Below, piece after piece: positions 28,908-39,893 of a stretch of 64,000 nt of DNA. A program made the position numbers and the translations under genes. The notes under the pieces are model-generated. The model saw nothing but the letters and a program-made list of their open reading frames with translations. It was not told where the DNA came from and ran no database searches. Position 1 is the stretch's first letter, and each line of letters starts with the position of its first letter. The stretch covers positions 4,898,001 to 4,962,000 of the forward strand of contig CAKKNE010000002.1 of assembly GCA_918797485.1 (NCBI GenBank). The letters are read 5' to 3'. Origin of the DNA: Pelagomonas calceolata. Lineage: Eukaryota.

Positions 28908-30425
28908 ATGAGGCTCGGCGCCCTGCTGCTGCTCGCGCACGCGACAGCGCTGCGCGGACGCCGCCGCTGGCGCGACCGGGGCGGCTTCACGACGACGCCC
29001 GAGCCCCAGCGCGAGGGCTGGACCTTTAGTACGCGAGACTTATTTACCGAAGAGGAGCCACCACAAGTAGCGAAGTGGACCTTTAGCACCCGAGACTTGT
29101 TAGCACGACGGAAACCGAAGAAGGTCCTGATGCTCATGTCTGATACGGGTGGAGGGCATCGAGCGTCCGCAAATGCCTTGAAGCAAGCATTGGTAGCGAG
29201 ATATAATGTGCAAGTAGACTTGTTAGATATCTGGACGGCGGCGGGCGTGTTTCCGTGGTCCTCATCGCCGCGAGCCTATAGCTACATGGGCAAGCGGCCG
29301 ATGATATGGCGCGCGTTTTTTTATGGTACGGCGTTCTACCCCGTGCGGCTCGTTACGAGACTGTTACATGATTTTTCTTTGAGAAGAAGGTTCAAGAAGA
29401 TCCTGCGGGGTCAAGAACCCGATCTAGTTGTGAGTGTCCACCCGATGTGCCAACACGTTCCCCTCAGTGCGAGGACGTGGCTCGAGAAGGTGCTCAAAAG
29501 GCCCGTGAAGTTCGCCACAGTTGTCACGGATTTAGGGAGTGCGCATCCCATGTGGTTCGACAAGCGCGTCGACGCGTGTTTTGTTCCCACACAAAGACTG
29601 GCTAAAAACGCGAAGTACTACGGCGTGTCGAACGTGATCAATTACGGTTTACCTCTACGTCGGGAGTTCAGCCAGAAGCGCCTGTCGAAGGATCGCGCCC
29701 GGAAGAAGCTCGGCCTCGATCGAAATAGTTCGACCGTTCTGGTCACCGGAGGCGGGGACGGCTTCGGTAGTCTGGAAAAGATTGTGGACGCCGTCGCCCA
29801 GGAACTCGCCGGGTCGAACGCGCAATTGGTCGTGATCTGCGGGCGGAACGAGGAGGTCCGAAAACGGCTTGAGAGTCGAACTTGGCCGGTGCGCATGGAG
29901 GTGCGCGGCTTCGTTTCCGACATGAATTTATACATGGAGGCGTCGGACGTCTTGCTGACGAAGGCCGGCCCTGGTACTATTGCGGAAGCGGCTGCTTTAG
30001 GCTTACCTGTGTTGCTGACGGGGTTTTTACCGGGGCAGGAACGAGGTAATGTATTGTGGGTGCGCGAGAAGAATATAGGAGAGCTCGCGAAGAGCCCTCA
30101 GAGAGCAGCTACGACTGTATCGAAGTGGCTGCGGGACCAGGACGCTCTGGTCGAGATGTCGCGCAACGCCAAGGCCGCGGCGAAGCCGAAGGCGACGGAT
30201 CGCATCGCGGAAGACCTCATGGGGCTCGTCGAGGGCGTCCAGCGCACAGCGACGGGCGTGCTGCGCGACCTCAAGGAGCGCGCGCCGTCGGCCGACTGGA
30301 CGCTTTATGGAGCTTTGAACTCGACGCGCTCGGCGGTCGCGGAGCTGCGGGACACGCTCGCCGTGCGAAGCGTGCCGCTCGAGGCGTGGATGACTTCCGC
30401 CCTGCGGCGAGGCGTCGTGGCCTAG
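28908..30425 (+). CDS. MGD1: Monogalactosyldiacylglycerol synthase (GT28)
   Basis: LMSDTGGGHRASA, VSVHPMCQH, TVVTDL, TKAGPGTIAEA and LPGQERGN; N-terminal signal peptide. Confidence 0.92.
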   Translation: MRLGALLLLAHATALRGRRRWRDRGGFTTTPEPQREGWTFSTRDLFTEEEPPQVAKWTFSTRDLLARRKPKKVLMLMSDTGGGHRASANALKQALVARYNVQVDLLDIWTAAGVFPWSSSPRAYSYMGKRPMIWRAFFYGTAFYPVRLVTRLLHDFSLRRRFKKILRGQEPDLVVSVHPMCQHVPLSARTWLEKVLKRPVKFATVVTDLGSAHPMWFDKRVDACFVPTQRLAKNAKYYGVSNVINYGLPLRREFSQKRLSKDRARKKLGLDRNSSTVLVTGGGDGFGSLEKIVDAVAQELAGSNAQLVVICGRNEEVRKRLESRTWPVRMEVRGFVSDMNLYMEASDVLLTKAGPGTIAEAAALGLPVLLTGFLPGQERGNVLWVREKNIGELAKSPQRAATTVSKWLRDQDALVEMSRNAKAAAKPKATDRIAEDLMGLVEGVQRTATGVLRDLKERAPSADWTLYGALNSTRSAVAELRDTLAVRSVPLEAWMTSALRRGVVA

Positions 30426-30616
30426 TAGTTAACTTTAGGATATGTCGTATTTTACGAGCGGCGTCGGTGTACCAGCGTACCTGTCGAGGCACGGGTATCT
30501 TCACGTCGCGTCGATGGCGTCGATGGCTGCGCGAGCGCTCGGAGTAGTCCCATGTACCAAGGTGCGAGATTATTCTGCTCCGGGCCCCCACGTTATACAA
30601 AGAAGAGCCAAACCGA

Positions 30617-30640
30617 GCTAGCGTATATCGACACACTAGC
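30617..30640. promoter_or_regulatory. Twin-CTAG motif, degenerate copy 8
   Basis: GCTAGCGTATATCGACACACTAGC(AA) at the start of a 2.4-kb ORF-poor region. Confidence 0.4.
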
Positions 30641-32904
30641 AAATCCAAAGATACGCCTCGATGGCGTCAAAAGAGCGACCCAAATTTAGGATACATCCTA
30701 GTTGTTCGCCGCGACCAAATATTTTAGAGTAGCGGCCCGGGAACATACCCTCGCGCCTCCCGGAAGGCACCGCCCGCGACATTCACGGATGAGTCTTACG
30801 GCTTGCCAAAGTACACCAGCGATTGACGCCGCCATCCACCGTCCAAATAGAACATTATATCAACTCCAGCCCAGTTTTCATCCACAATCGACGGAACCGG
30901 AGCCGACGGCCCGCGCTCGGAGGGCAGGAGAAGAATTCTACTAGACAACTATCGCGTTTATGTTCGTTTCCATCCGTTTGTTGGGGATAGATTCCATTTA
31001 GGCAGGATCAGCGACCACTGAGCTATTTTAGATACTCCGTTAGAGCCGCGCGATTCGTCATCTTCGCGCCCCCACGTTTGCACATAAACAGGCTCGAAGC
31101 CTGAACCTGCGAGTATCAGCGACGCCACCACCCAGATGAACCACAACGCCGTCGTTCTATTCACAATCGACCGACTTGCCCGTTCTCCGCGGACGACGGT
31201 GCGGAGACGGAGGGCCAGAAAGGCCCCAGACCGGTGGTTTATAAAGTAAATTTGCGTTTCAGGCGCTTCGGTTACGGGACGGGCCAGATAACCGGCCTGA
31301 CTGCGTACTACATTGCTCCGAGACCCAAAGATGCTCGGCGCGGGTCGTCAGTCTCGCGAGCCCATGATCTGGCTAGATTTGGCTCAAGAGCCGGACCCGC
31401 GGCCAGCAGCCCGTGTACCATCACCATGGACCATGGCGCGATCATTTGTTTCATGATCGACCGACTTGCGCGAGGTCCAGATCAAGATGTTCACGTCCCG
31501 AGCGTGGGCTGTCCTAAGTACCCTTCTCGCCCTGTAGATGTCATATACTTGTAGTTGACTATCGGTGGGGTAGTATGGGGTCCGACGAGACCGCTACGGC
31601 GACTACTGGGGGCCCTCGGGTAATTGGCGTTTTTCACGGGGACGGGGCGCCATCGGGTCCAAATTACACACTTTTTTCGGGGGCAGATCGGCTCCCGGAC
31701 TCCCTCCGGGATGGGTCTGGGGTCGGGTAGTCGCCTACGCCGCATGCGCGAGAGCTTGGGGCTCTCCAGAGAGCTGTGGATCGAAAACCTGGGGGACTTG
31801 GGCTCTGGCCCGACGTCTGGCTGAGAGAATTGCTTGATATGTATCTACCGATGCGCATGCGGTGTAGGCGCTTGCGCACGTCTAGAACCATTCTAAAACG
31901 ACCTCCTAGAGACCTCTGGGCCGCGGATTGACTGGATTCCGCTGGCGCGGCCGACCACTTTGGCCCGTCGGCACCGCGAAATAAATTACTATTTTTTTTG
32001 GGCCCCAGGAGTCGTCGTATCGATATCTTTGGACCATTGGCGAACCGAACGATACTCGAACGGCTGTGCCTCGCACCTACAGCAGGAGAAGGGTGTGATT
32101 CTAGTGCGGCGCGGACCGCACGCAACTTACAGCCCAATTTTCGCTGCCCCATGGCGCGGCGGTTACCCTGGGTCATCCCTAGACGTATACGGATGCGTGC
32201 GCGAGGGTCCTCGGCGGGCGGCTAGTACCTGTTCCAATCGGCCTCTGCGGCAAAAATTAGCCGCGCGGGCTAAATAAGACAGCCAAAAACACGTAAGCAC
32301 GCTGCGTCATGTCAGTTACAACCAGCCTTGTGCGTCCTCGCGGACCACGAGCCAACGCGGCGTGCCGTGGCCTCATAACAGAGATCACGGCGATTTCGGC
32401 CGCCCCGGCTATCCTCGCGGATACCGGCGGCGCGGCGCTTCGATAGCGCTGCCGAAGGGCTCTCGCAGCGCGTGGGAAGCCGCGGAAGCTCTAGGAACAC
32501 GCCTCAAGCCCGTTAAGGGGGAGAGTGCGCTCGGACGAGCCCCGCAGCGCTCCCCAGCGAGACTCCGGCTGCTGCGCGGCGGCCCCGCGGTCCCGCACAG
32601 CACCGTTAGCCCGACGGAGGCCCCAGTAGCTGCGCGGCGGCCCCGCGGCCCCGCGAGCACACGGTAGCCCGACGCACGCCTGGCACGGGCTCCCCGCATT
32701 TTTTTTCCTTACTTCGCATGAAATAATTTATCGAGACGGCGGCGGCGAGATGCGACGGAGCTCTCCGAACCAGCACGGCGGCTGATGAAGGAGGTGGCTG
32801 CCGATGGGCTTCTGCGACCCGCTTGTCAAGGATGTTGCGCTCTCTCGCACGACCCTCCCCCAAGATCAATTGTCATCCCCCCCCGTAACACACAGATATA
32901 AATC

Positions 32905-34194
32905 ATGGCCGACGCCGCCGACGACGACCTCGTGGACTACGACGACGACGACGTCGTCGACCAGACGGCTGCCGACGACAAGGACGCGAAGAAGGGCCAC
33001 TACGTCGGCATCCACGCTTCTGGGTTCAGAGATTTTATCTTGAAACCCGAATGCCTCCGCGCGGTCGTCGACTGCGGCTTCGAGCACCCGTCCGAGGTCC
33101 AGCACGAGTGCATCCCGCAAGCCGTGCTCGGCATGGACATCATCTGCCAGGCCAAGTCGGGCATGGGCAAGACCGCGGTCTTCGTGTTGGCTACGCTCCA
33201 CCAGCTCGAGCCGGTCGATGGTGAGGTCTCCGTCTTGGTCCTGTGCCACACGCGCGAGCTCGCCTTCCAGATCAAGAACGAGTACGCGCGTTTTAGCAAG
33301 TACCTCCCGTCCGTGAAGGTCGACGTCTTCTACGGCGGCGTGCCGATCTCGGCGAACAAAAAGGCCCTCAAGGAGGCCACGCCGCACATCGTCGTCGGCA
33401 CGCCCGGCCGGCTCAAGGCCCTCATCGGCTCGAAGGACCTCAACCTCAGCAAGCTCAAGCACTTCGTCATGGACGAGTGCGACCGCCTCCTGGAAGCCCT
33501 CGACATGCGCCGCGACATCCAGGAGATTTTTAGGACGACGCCGCACCAGAAGCAGGTCATGATGTTCTCCGCAACTTTGGCGAAGGAAATTAGACCCGTC
33601 TGCAAGAAGTTCTGCCAGGATCCCATGGAGATCTACGTCGACGACGACACGAAATTAACTTTACACGGCCTCCAGCAGTACTACGTCAAGTTGCAAGAGG
33701 CCGAGAAGAACCGCAAGCTCAATGATCTCTTGGATGCCTTGGACTTCAACCAGGTCGTGATCTTCGTCAGCAAGGTCGCGCGGGCGACGGAGCTGGACCG
33801 CCTGCTCACGGAGTGCAACTTCCCGTCCGTGTGCATCCACTCGGGCATGGGCCAGGAGGAACGTATTTCCAGATACAAGGACTTCAAGGACTTCAAGAAG
33901 CGCATCCTCGTGTCGACGGACCTCTTCGGCCGCGGGATTGACATCGAGCGCGTCAACATCGTCGTGAACTACGACTTCCCCGAGGTCAAGGAGGGCAACG
34001 CTCCCACCGTGGCGTCGGATCAATATCTCCACAGAGTTGGCCGCGCGGGCCGCTTCGGCACGAAGGGCCTCGCGATCAGCTTCATCTCGTCCAAGGAGGA
34101 CGCCGACATCCTGGCGCAGGTCCAGTCGCGCTTCGAGGTCGACGTGTCCGAGCTGCCGGACCAGATCGACATCTCCTCGTACATGAACTCCTAG
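32905..34194 (+). CDS. DDX39B: DECD-box RNA helicase UAP56/SUB2
   Basis: [29 protein letters not shown] and [13 protein letters not shown]. Confidence 0.97.
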   Translation: MADAADDDLVDYDDDDVVDQTAADDKDAKKGHYVGIHASGFRDFILKPECLRAVVDCGFEHPSEVQHECIPQAVLGMDIICQAKSGMGKTAVFVLATLHQLEPVDGEVSVLVLCHTRELAFQIKNEYARFSKYLPSVKVDVFYGGVPISANKKALKEATPHIVVGTPGRLKALIGSKDLNLSKLKHFVMDECDRLLEALDMRRDIQEIFRTTPHQKQVMMFSATLAKEIRPVCKKFCQDPMEIYVDDDTKLTLHGLQQYYVKLQEAEKNRKLNDLLDALDFNQVVIFVSKVARATELDRLLTECNFPSVCIHSGMGQEERISRYKDFKDFKKRILVSTDLFGRGIDIERVNIVVNYDFPEVKEGNAPTVASDQYLHRVGRAGRFGTKGLAISFISSKEDADILAQVQSRFEVDVSELPDQIDISSYMNS

Positions 34195-34505
34195 ACGTGA
34201 ACCCGCCTCCCTCCTCCGGCACTAAGACGCCTGGGTTCCATTCTATTCTTCGTCCGCGGCGGAGCAAAACCCGATTTGCTGCCTGCAACATGCGCGTCGC
34301 AGCGGGCAAGAGGGCGCTCGCTTGACGCCGCATCCTACTCGCACGAGCCAAAAAATACAATATTTTTACTGCCGCAGCGAATCACGAATCGCTGCCACCG
34401 CTAGCGCTCCCGCAGGGCAAGTGCAGTCTGTGCTACCAGTGCAGCAGCGGCAAGCGAAGGGATAAACGCTCGAATAAACAACGCCCACCGCCGCGGGCCA
34501 AGGCC

Positions 34506-35492
34506 ATGCGCATCATCATGCTCGCGCTCTTCGCACGCGGCGCCCGCGCGCTGTCGGCCGTGCCGGCGGCCGCGCGCCGCCTCCAGAAAATAAAAGAGCT
34601 CGAGAGCAAGCACGCATCATTAGTGGCCAGCGGCGCGAAGCCCGCTGTGATAAGAAACGCGCGGAAAGAGCTCGGGCGCCTGAAGCGGATGCCGCCGCCG
34701 GTTGATGGCGTCGAGTCCGCGGTGGCGACGTTCTACGGCTTCTTCGCAGTGGAGGAGCCGTCTGTAGTCGTCGCGAGGCTGCGTGCAGCGCTCGAAGAGG
34801 ACGGTCTCGTGCTTGGATCGGTGTCGGTGGCTAGCGAGGGCTACAACGGCGCCCTCGCGGTGCCCGTCGAACGACGAACACGGCTGGCACAAACGTTGAG
34901 TAATGCGGCTCCGGAGCTGTGGCCAACGGAAGAGGACGCGATCAAAGCGCTGAACTGGGACGCCCAGCCGACGCGGAGCAGCCCCTTCCACCGGCTATTG
35001 GTGAAAGAAAAGAAACGAGCCCTGGTGGACGGCTTCGAGGAGCCCCTGGACTGGGACGACTGCGGCGCCGAAGTGCCACCGGAGGCCTGGCACGACGAGA
35101 TCGCGCAACCGGGCGCCACTGTCCTAGATGTCAGAAACACGTATGAGAGCGACGCCGGCTCCTTCGCCGGCGCGACGCCCCTCAACACGTCGACCTTCGT
35201 GGAATCGTGGCCGAGGCTCGACGAAGCGCTCGCCGACGTGTCGAGAGATGAACCGGTGCACATGTTTTGTACCGGTGGTGTGAGGTGCGTCAAGGCCGGC
35301 GCGTACGTCAAACAAAAACTCGGCTTTACGGATGTCCGACGGCTTGAACACGGCGTGGTCGCGTACGAGCGGTGGGCGGCGGGCAGTGGCGAGAGTCGCT
35401 TCGAGGGCGAGAATTTTGTGTTCGACAAGCGCGTCGACGCCGTCGAGGCGCCAGTGATGTCTGATGAGGATCTCGAGGCGCGGCCGCCATAA
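34506..35492 (+). CDS. Rhodanese-domain TrhO/TSTD2-like tRNA hydroxylase
   Basis: ASEGYNG, LDVRNTYE, MFCTGGVRCVKA and FEGENFVFDKR. Confidence 0.85.
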   Translation: MRIIMLALFARGARALSAVPAAARRLQKIKELESKHASLVASGAKPAVIRNARKELGRLKRMPPPVDGVESAVATFYGFFAVEEPSVVVARLRAALEEDGLVLGSVSVASEGYNGALAVPVERRTRLAQTLSNAAPELWPTEEDAIKALNWDAQPTRSSPFHRLLVKEKKRALVDGFEEPLDWDDCGAEVPPEAWHDEIAQPGATVLDVRNTYESDAGSFAGATPLNTSTFVESWPRLDEALADVSRDEPVHMFCTGGVRCVKAGAYVKQKLGFTDVRRLEHGVVAYERWAAGSGESRFEGENFVFDKRVDAVEAPVMSDEDLEARPP

Positions 35493-35501
35493 TACTAGCT
35501 A

Positions 35502-38500
35502 CTACTTTAGAAACCCCTTCCGAAACCCCCTCTTCGGCGAAGGCGAAGGCGCAGGCGCCGGCGCCGGCGCCTCCGAAGAAGCCTCCTCCCGCGCCTGAGC
35601 CTCCAGCTCCTTAATCCGCTCGTTCAGCTTGTGCTTCCTAAAAAACCGCTTCGGGTCGAAGAAGCGCGGGTCCGCCGGCGGCTCATCCTCCTCATCGCCG
35701 TCATCCTCGAGGTCGTGCTCCGACAACAACGGAAAGCGCGGGCACGGCGGCGCCGTCGCTAATAAATCAGCGGGCCGATCCAGAAAGTCGTCGGGCGGCG
35801 CGTCCTCCGCATGCGTCCAGTCCGGTGCTGTAGAATCAATAGCAGTATCGACCTCGTCGTCGTGGCCCGAGAGCACGTCGAAGAACAGCCGCGAGCGCTC
35901 GTAGAAACGCACCGCGTCGTGCTTGACGAACGGCATGTACAGCTCCAAATCCACCGCATCTATGAGTGAGATAACCCTCTCAAAAATTGTGGTACCGGCG
36001 TCCAGCACTAGACGCATGACGTTTTCCGAATCGATGGCGTCTCTTTCATCCCCGTCTTCCCTTGCCTTCGCCGCGTCGGCCTTGAACGAGGAAGCACACC
36101 GCGTCGCGAGCATGTACCTCAATAAATAAGCATCTACCAAAACGGACAAGGCTCCTAGCTCAGAGACGTCTTGGAGAGCGTTCTCGTACGCGTCCTGGAG
36201 CTGCGGGGCGGCCAAGCGCCACAATTCCCTACGAGCCCGTTTGTAGTGCGGCGGCGCGTGCCTTCTCGTAGCGCAAGCGTCGGAAGCACATACGGTCACG
36301 GCGAGTTGCATGTAGAGCTGGAATAACGTCTGGCCCAGAACCAACGACGGCTCGCAGGGCAGTTGCGTCGTCTCCTCCATGTCGTTGCCCTCGCCGTCGT
36401 CGACCGCGAGCACGCGATCCCTCCACCGCGCGCCCTCCTTCATCCTTTCCAAACAGGCGTCCTTCTGGTCCCGCAATGCTTTGGCGGGTAGGGGCGGGTC
36501 CAGCGGGTCCTGGAGCACGTATTCTCCTCTCAAGACATCCTGCCAGCCGTGGGTAAAACCACCTAAGTCGTCGGCGAACGCTTCTAGGATGGGTGGGACG
36601 ACGCCGCAGGCCCAAGCTGCTAAGCAGGACGTGCAGGCATCCCTCAATGACGACTCGAGGCGCTTCTTGACGTCGGAACAGTCGTCCAGGGCCGCACAGC
36701 AGAAGAGATAAAATTCGTCCCGCGAGACGTCCGGTTCAGATAAAGAACACGCGCCGACATCGTCAGACGCGCCCAGAATAGCAATAGCGGCTTCCCGCGC
36801 CGCGTCGCCCGACGCGACGTCGTTGACCGTCGCGTCGGCCACATCAAAAGCCGCGTCGACCTGATCCGCGGAGGCGCGGCCCGTCGATGCACAGAGTTGC
36901 GCGGCGGCCACCGGGCTTACGACGGTGTAGCGCAGCGACCAAGCTATGCGAGCCGCAATAACAGCAGCAGTGCAGTCCTCCCGCGCCTTGCGCGTCGTCT
37001 CGTGCGCGACCAAGGGTGGATCGACCGTCCGCCGCATGTTCGCCCTCCGCCTAAACGTGCGCCCCGGCGCCATCGGCTCGCCGGGCTCCTCCATTTGTCG
37101 GACGCGGTCGCGGACGGCGCGTTGCTCGGCTTCCGCATGAGATCTTAGATAAGTACCCGCGTCGCGGCCTCGCCTCCGCAACAGGCCAGCGACGGCTGCG
37201 ACACATTCGACGAAGCGCGGCGCTACCGCTGTGAGGACCGCTTCGCAGGCCTCCCGTGACGTCTCCGACGAACCCAGCGACACGGTAGCGTCGGCGCAGG
37301 CCCTTAGCCTTTCGTCCAGCCACGAGGCTACTCGAGCTGCGGCCCAATTGCACTCCGACGCGCTGCAGTCGACCTGGGCGCCGCCTCCCGAATATTGCCA
37401 GTAGTCGAGCGACGCCTTCGTCTTCTCGAGGGCTTCCCCGGCTTGGGTCCTCTCGAGGTCGCGGATCGAGGCCTCCAAATGCGTCGGTGCGTTGTGTAAC
37501 GCATCATTTGTAGCTTTGAGGAGGCGCTCCGTGTCCCTGCGGCAGGCCTTGAGGCCCCTCCTCAGTCGATGATCGACGAGTCTAGCGAAAGCTGGCGCAA
37601 ACGCGGCGCGCCACGGCGAACACAACCGCCTCACGTCCCGATCGATCAGCGACGACGCGTCGGCGTCTTGATCATCTTCGTCGTCTCCCACCAGAACTTC
37701 TCGGAGCTTGTTGTGCTCGCCATCATAAAAGACGTCCGCGCGCACCCTCGCGGCTCGCGATCGCGCGAGGCGCCAGTCCGACGCCGCTTGCGCGTCCGTG
37801 GAGCCTTCCACGACAAACAGAGAAGCGCAGGCGGACCGCCACTCGCTGCCTAAATCTTCGTCGCAGGCCTTCTTCAGAGCGTTGCGTAGATGCACGAGCT
37901 GCGTCGTGTCCGAGACGCGCTCCGGTCTCAACACGTCGGACGCGCGCTCCCGGGCCTGCCGCACGGCGTCGCGCGTCCAGTCGCAGGCCTCCGACCGGAC
38001 CTCGTCCGTCGCAACGGAGCAGTCGAGCTCGATAGTTTCAGAACCAGTATGTGACGACGCGCTTCGGAGGATCTCGGCCACGCTCGCGGCGAAGGCGCCG
38101 TCGAGGAACAGATCATTTACATCGGTCACGGTCCGCGCCACGGCCGTCGCCGCCGTCCGCAGCGCTTGCTCGGGGTCCGTTTCACTCGTGGACAACCAGG
38201 CTCGTCGCGACTCGAGAAAAAGTTGTAAAGCTCGACTCCCCGGCCGCTCCTCGCAGGCGTCGCACAATACACGCGCCGCAACCGCGGCCGCATAAACTGA
38301 TGAAGGTGACTCCGCGTCCGTGGTTCTCAAAAACGCATCGGTCGCTTCGAGCAACCGAGTCCGCAACATGCGCGCCACGGGCCCGAGCGCGCCTTGCGCT
38401 TGCGTCGTCAGCGCGGCGACGGCCAAATAGCAGGACGCGGCGTCTCCATGATTGTTGGCGTCGAGGGCGCGCCACAACTCGGGCGCGAGCGCGGCGGCCT

Positions 38501-38822
38501 TGGCCGCGGCGGCGTCGGGGGACGTGATTCTTGCTGGCGGCGGCGGGAGGGCGGGCGTCGCTTGCGAGGCCGCGGTCGCGTCCCTGGCCTTCGCCTCGAC
38601 GGCGGTCGCGAAGGCGGTCGCGTCCCGGGCCGCGACGCCCAAATCTCCAATCGCGTCGGCCGATTCCAACAGTCGGCGGTAGCGCTCGCCCAGCCAGCGG
38701 TGGGCTTCTTGGCCCTTTTCCGCCGCGCCTGTGCGGGCGCGCTCGCGGGCGGCGCGCGCCTCGGCTACGCTGAGCAGCATGGCGGGCGGGGCACCATTGC
38801 TTTGCGGTGCGGCTTGCGCCAT
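35502..38822 (-). CDS. COG1: Conserved oligomeric Golgi complex subunit 1-like (Vps51/Vps67 N-terminal domain)
   Basis: WLGERYRRLLESADAIGDL, PELWRALD and C-terminal IDAVDLELYMPFV...RSRLFF...PRFPLL. Confidence 0.65.
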   Translation of the reverse strand: MAQAAPQSNGAPPAMLLSVAEARAARERARTGAAEKGQEAHRWLGERYRRLLESADAIGDLGVAARDATAFATAVEAKARDATAASQATPALPPPPARITSPDAAAAKAAALAPELWRALDANNHGDAASCYLAVAALTTQAQGALGPVARMLRTRLLEATDAFLRTTDAESPSSVYAAAVAARVLCDACEERPGSRALQLFLESRRAWLSTSETDPEQALRTAATAVARTVTDVNDLFLDGAFAASVAEILRSASSHTGSETIELDCSVATDEVRSEACDWTRDAVRQARERASDVLRPERVSDTTQLVHLRNALKKACDEDLGSEWRSACASLFVVEGSTDAQAASDWRLARSRAARVRADVFYDGEHNKLREVLVGDDEDDQDADASSLIDRDVRRLCSPWRAAFAPAFARLVDHRLRRGLKACRRDTERLLKATNDALHNAPTHLEASIRDLERTQAGEALEKTKASLDYWQYSGGGAQVDCSASECNWAAARVASWLDERLRACADATVSLGSSETSREACEAVLTAVAPRFVECVAAVAGLLRRRGRDAGTYLRSHAEAEQRAVRDRVRQMEEPGEPMAPGRTFRRRANMRRTVDPPLVAHETTRKAREDCTAAVIAARIAWSLRYTVVSPVAAAQLCASTGRASADQVDAAFDVADATVNDVASGDAAREAAIAILGASDDVGACSLSEPDVSRDEFYLFCCAALDDCSDVKKRLESSLRDACTSCLAAWACGVVPPILEAFADDLGGFTHGWQDVLRGEYVLQDPLDPPLPAKALRDQKDACLERMKEGARWRDRVLAVDDGEGNDMEETTQLPCEPSLVLGQTLFQLYMQLAVTVCASDACATRRHAPPHYKRARRELWRLAAPQLQDAYENALQDVSELGALSVLVDAYLLRYMLATRCASSFKADAAKAREDGDERDAIDSENVMRLVLDAGTTIFERVISLIDAVDLELYMPFVKHDAVRFYERSRLFFDVLSGHDDEVDTAIDSTAPDWTHAEDAPPDDFLDRPADLLATAPPCPRFPLLSEHDLEDDGDEEDEPPADPRFFDPKRFFRKHKLNERIKELEAQAREEASSEAPAPAPAPSPSPKRGFRKGFLK

Positions 38823-38914
38823 AGCTTAGAGCTGCCCTCGGCTGGGTCAGCGCTTTTTTAGATAGTCCTTTCAGCTTCCTGCCCAGCAGCAGAGCCCGTC
38901 GGCGGCTGTTGTTT

Positions 38915-38937
38915 CCTAGTGTCTTACAACCGCTAGC
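38915..38937. promoter_or_regulatory. Twin-CTAG upstream motif, copy 9
   Basis: CCTAGTGTCTTACAACCGCTAGC in a 148-nt divergent gap. Confidence 0.65.
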
Positions 38938-38970
38938 TGGGCGCCAAGTGGCGTTTTGTTTTTGGGCCGC

Positions 38971-39843
38971 ATGCGAGCTCATTGGGGCGCCTGCGCGCTG
39001 TTGTTGAGTGGCCTCGAGGCCGCACCGCTGCGCTTTCGACTCGTGCGCCGCCGCGAGGGCTATACAAGGCCCTCTCTGCGGAGTGCACTGTCGTCGCGGA
39101 TAAGCATGCGGCCGCAAGACAAGAAATTAATTGCGGACGCCACCGCCGCGTCCGTCGCGGCCGTCGCAGTCGCGGCGGCGCTCGGGCCGAAGGCGTGCAG
39201 TAGGAAAGGCGGCGCCTTCTCGTCGGCGCTCGTCGAGCAGTGCCGCGGATTGCGTTACGACGTCCCCTATGAAGTGCAGGGCCTGGTCGACCCGGTGTGC
39301 GACACCTTAGCTGATGGTCACTGGGCATTGACTGGTATTGTTGCGGCCAATGTGGCGTGCTTCCTGCCCGCCCTCGCCAACTACAAGCAGTGGTGCGTCT
39401 CTAAGCACGAGCTGAGCCACGAGCGGTTGCTACGCTACCAGCTCGCGCACGCCAATTTGCCGCATATCATGGGCAACATGCTCACGCTCCTTGCCGTGGG
39501 CTCGGAGGTCTCCGAAGCACTGGGCTGCAACCAGCTAGTTCTCCTCGCTCTGTATCTCGCGTGCGGCTGGGCGGGCGGCCTGTGCGCCGCGTTGCTCTCG
39601 AACGGCTCGACGGTCGGCGCCTCGGGCTCCGTCTCGGGCGTGATCATTGCGCTGTCGGTGCTTAGACCGACGTCGGCCGTGACTATCCTCGGGAACGTCG
39701 AGGCGTCGAATCCGCTCATGTTACTTGGCGGTACCTTGGCCGCCGACCTCTCGCGCCGCGGAGTCTCCTGGCAAGCACATTTCGGAGGGGGGCTCGCGGG
39801 CTGCGTGATCGCGTGGGTGCTGAAGCTTGTTTCGTCCTTGTGA
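38971..39843 (+). CDS. Rhomboid family intramembrane serine protease
   Basis: HANLPHIMGNM, catalytic GASG and AHFGG. Confidence 0.88.
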   Translation: MRAHWGACALLLSGLEAAPLRFRLVRRREGYTRPSLRSALSSRISMRPQDKKLIADATAASVAAVAVAAALGPKACSRKGGAFSSALVEQCRGLRYDVPYEVQGLVDPVCDTLADGHWALTGIVAANVACFLPALANYKQWCVSKHELSHERLLRYQLAHANLPHIMGNMLTLLAVGSEVSEALGCNQLVLLALYLACGWAGGLCAALLSNGSTVGASGSVSGVIIALSVLRPTSAVTILGNVEASNPLMLLGGTLAADLSRRGVSWQAHFGGGLAGCVIAWVLKLVSSL

Positions 39844-39893
39844 GGACTGTCACTAATGTTATTAATCTTACTTCACACATATCCACAAACAGA

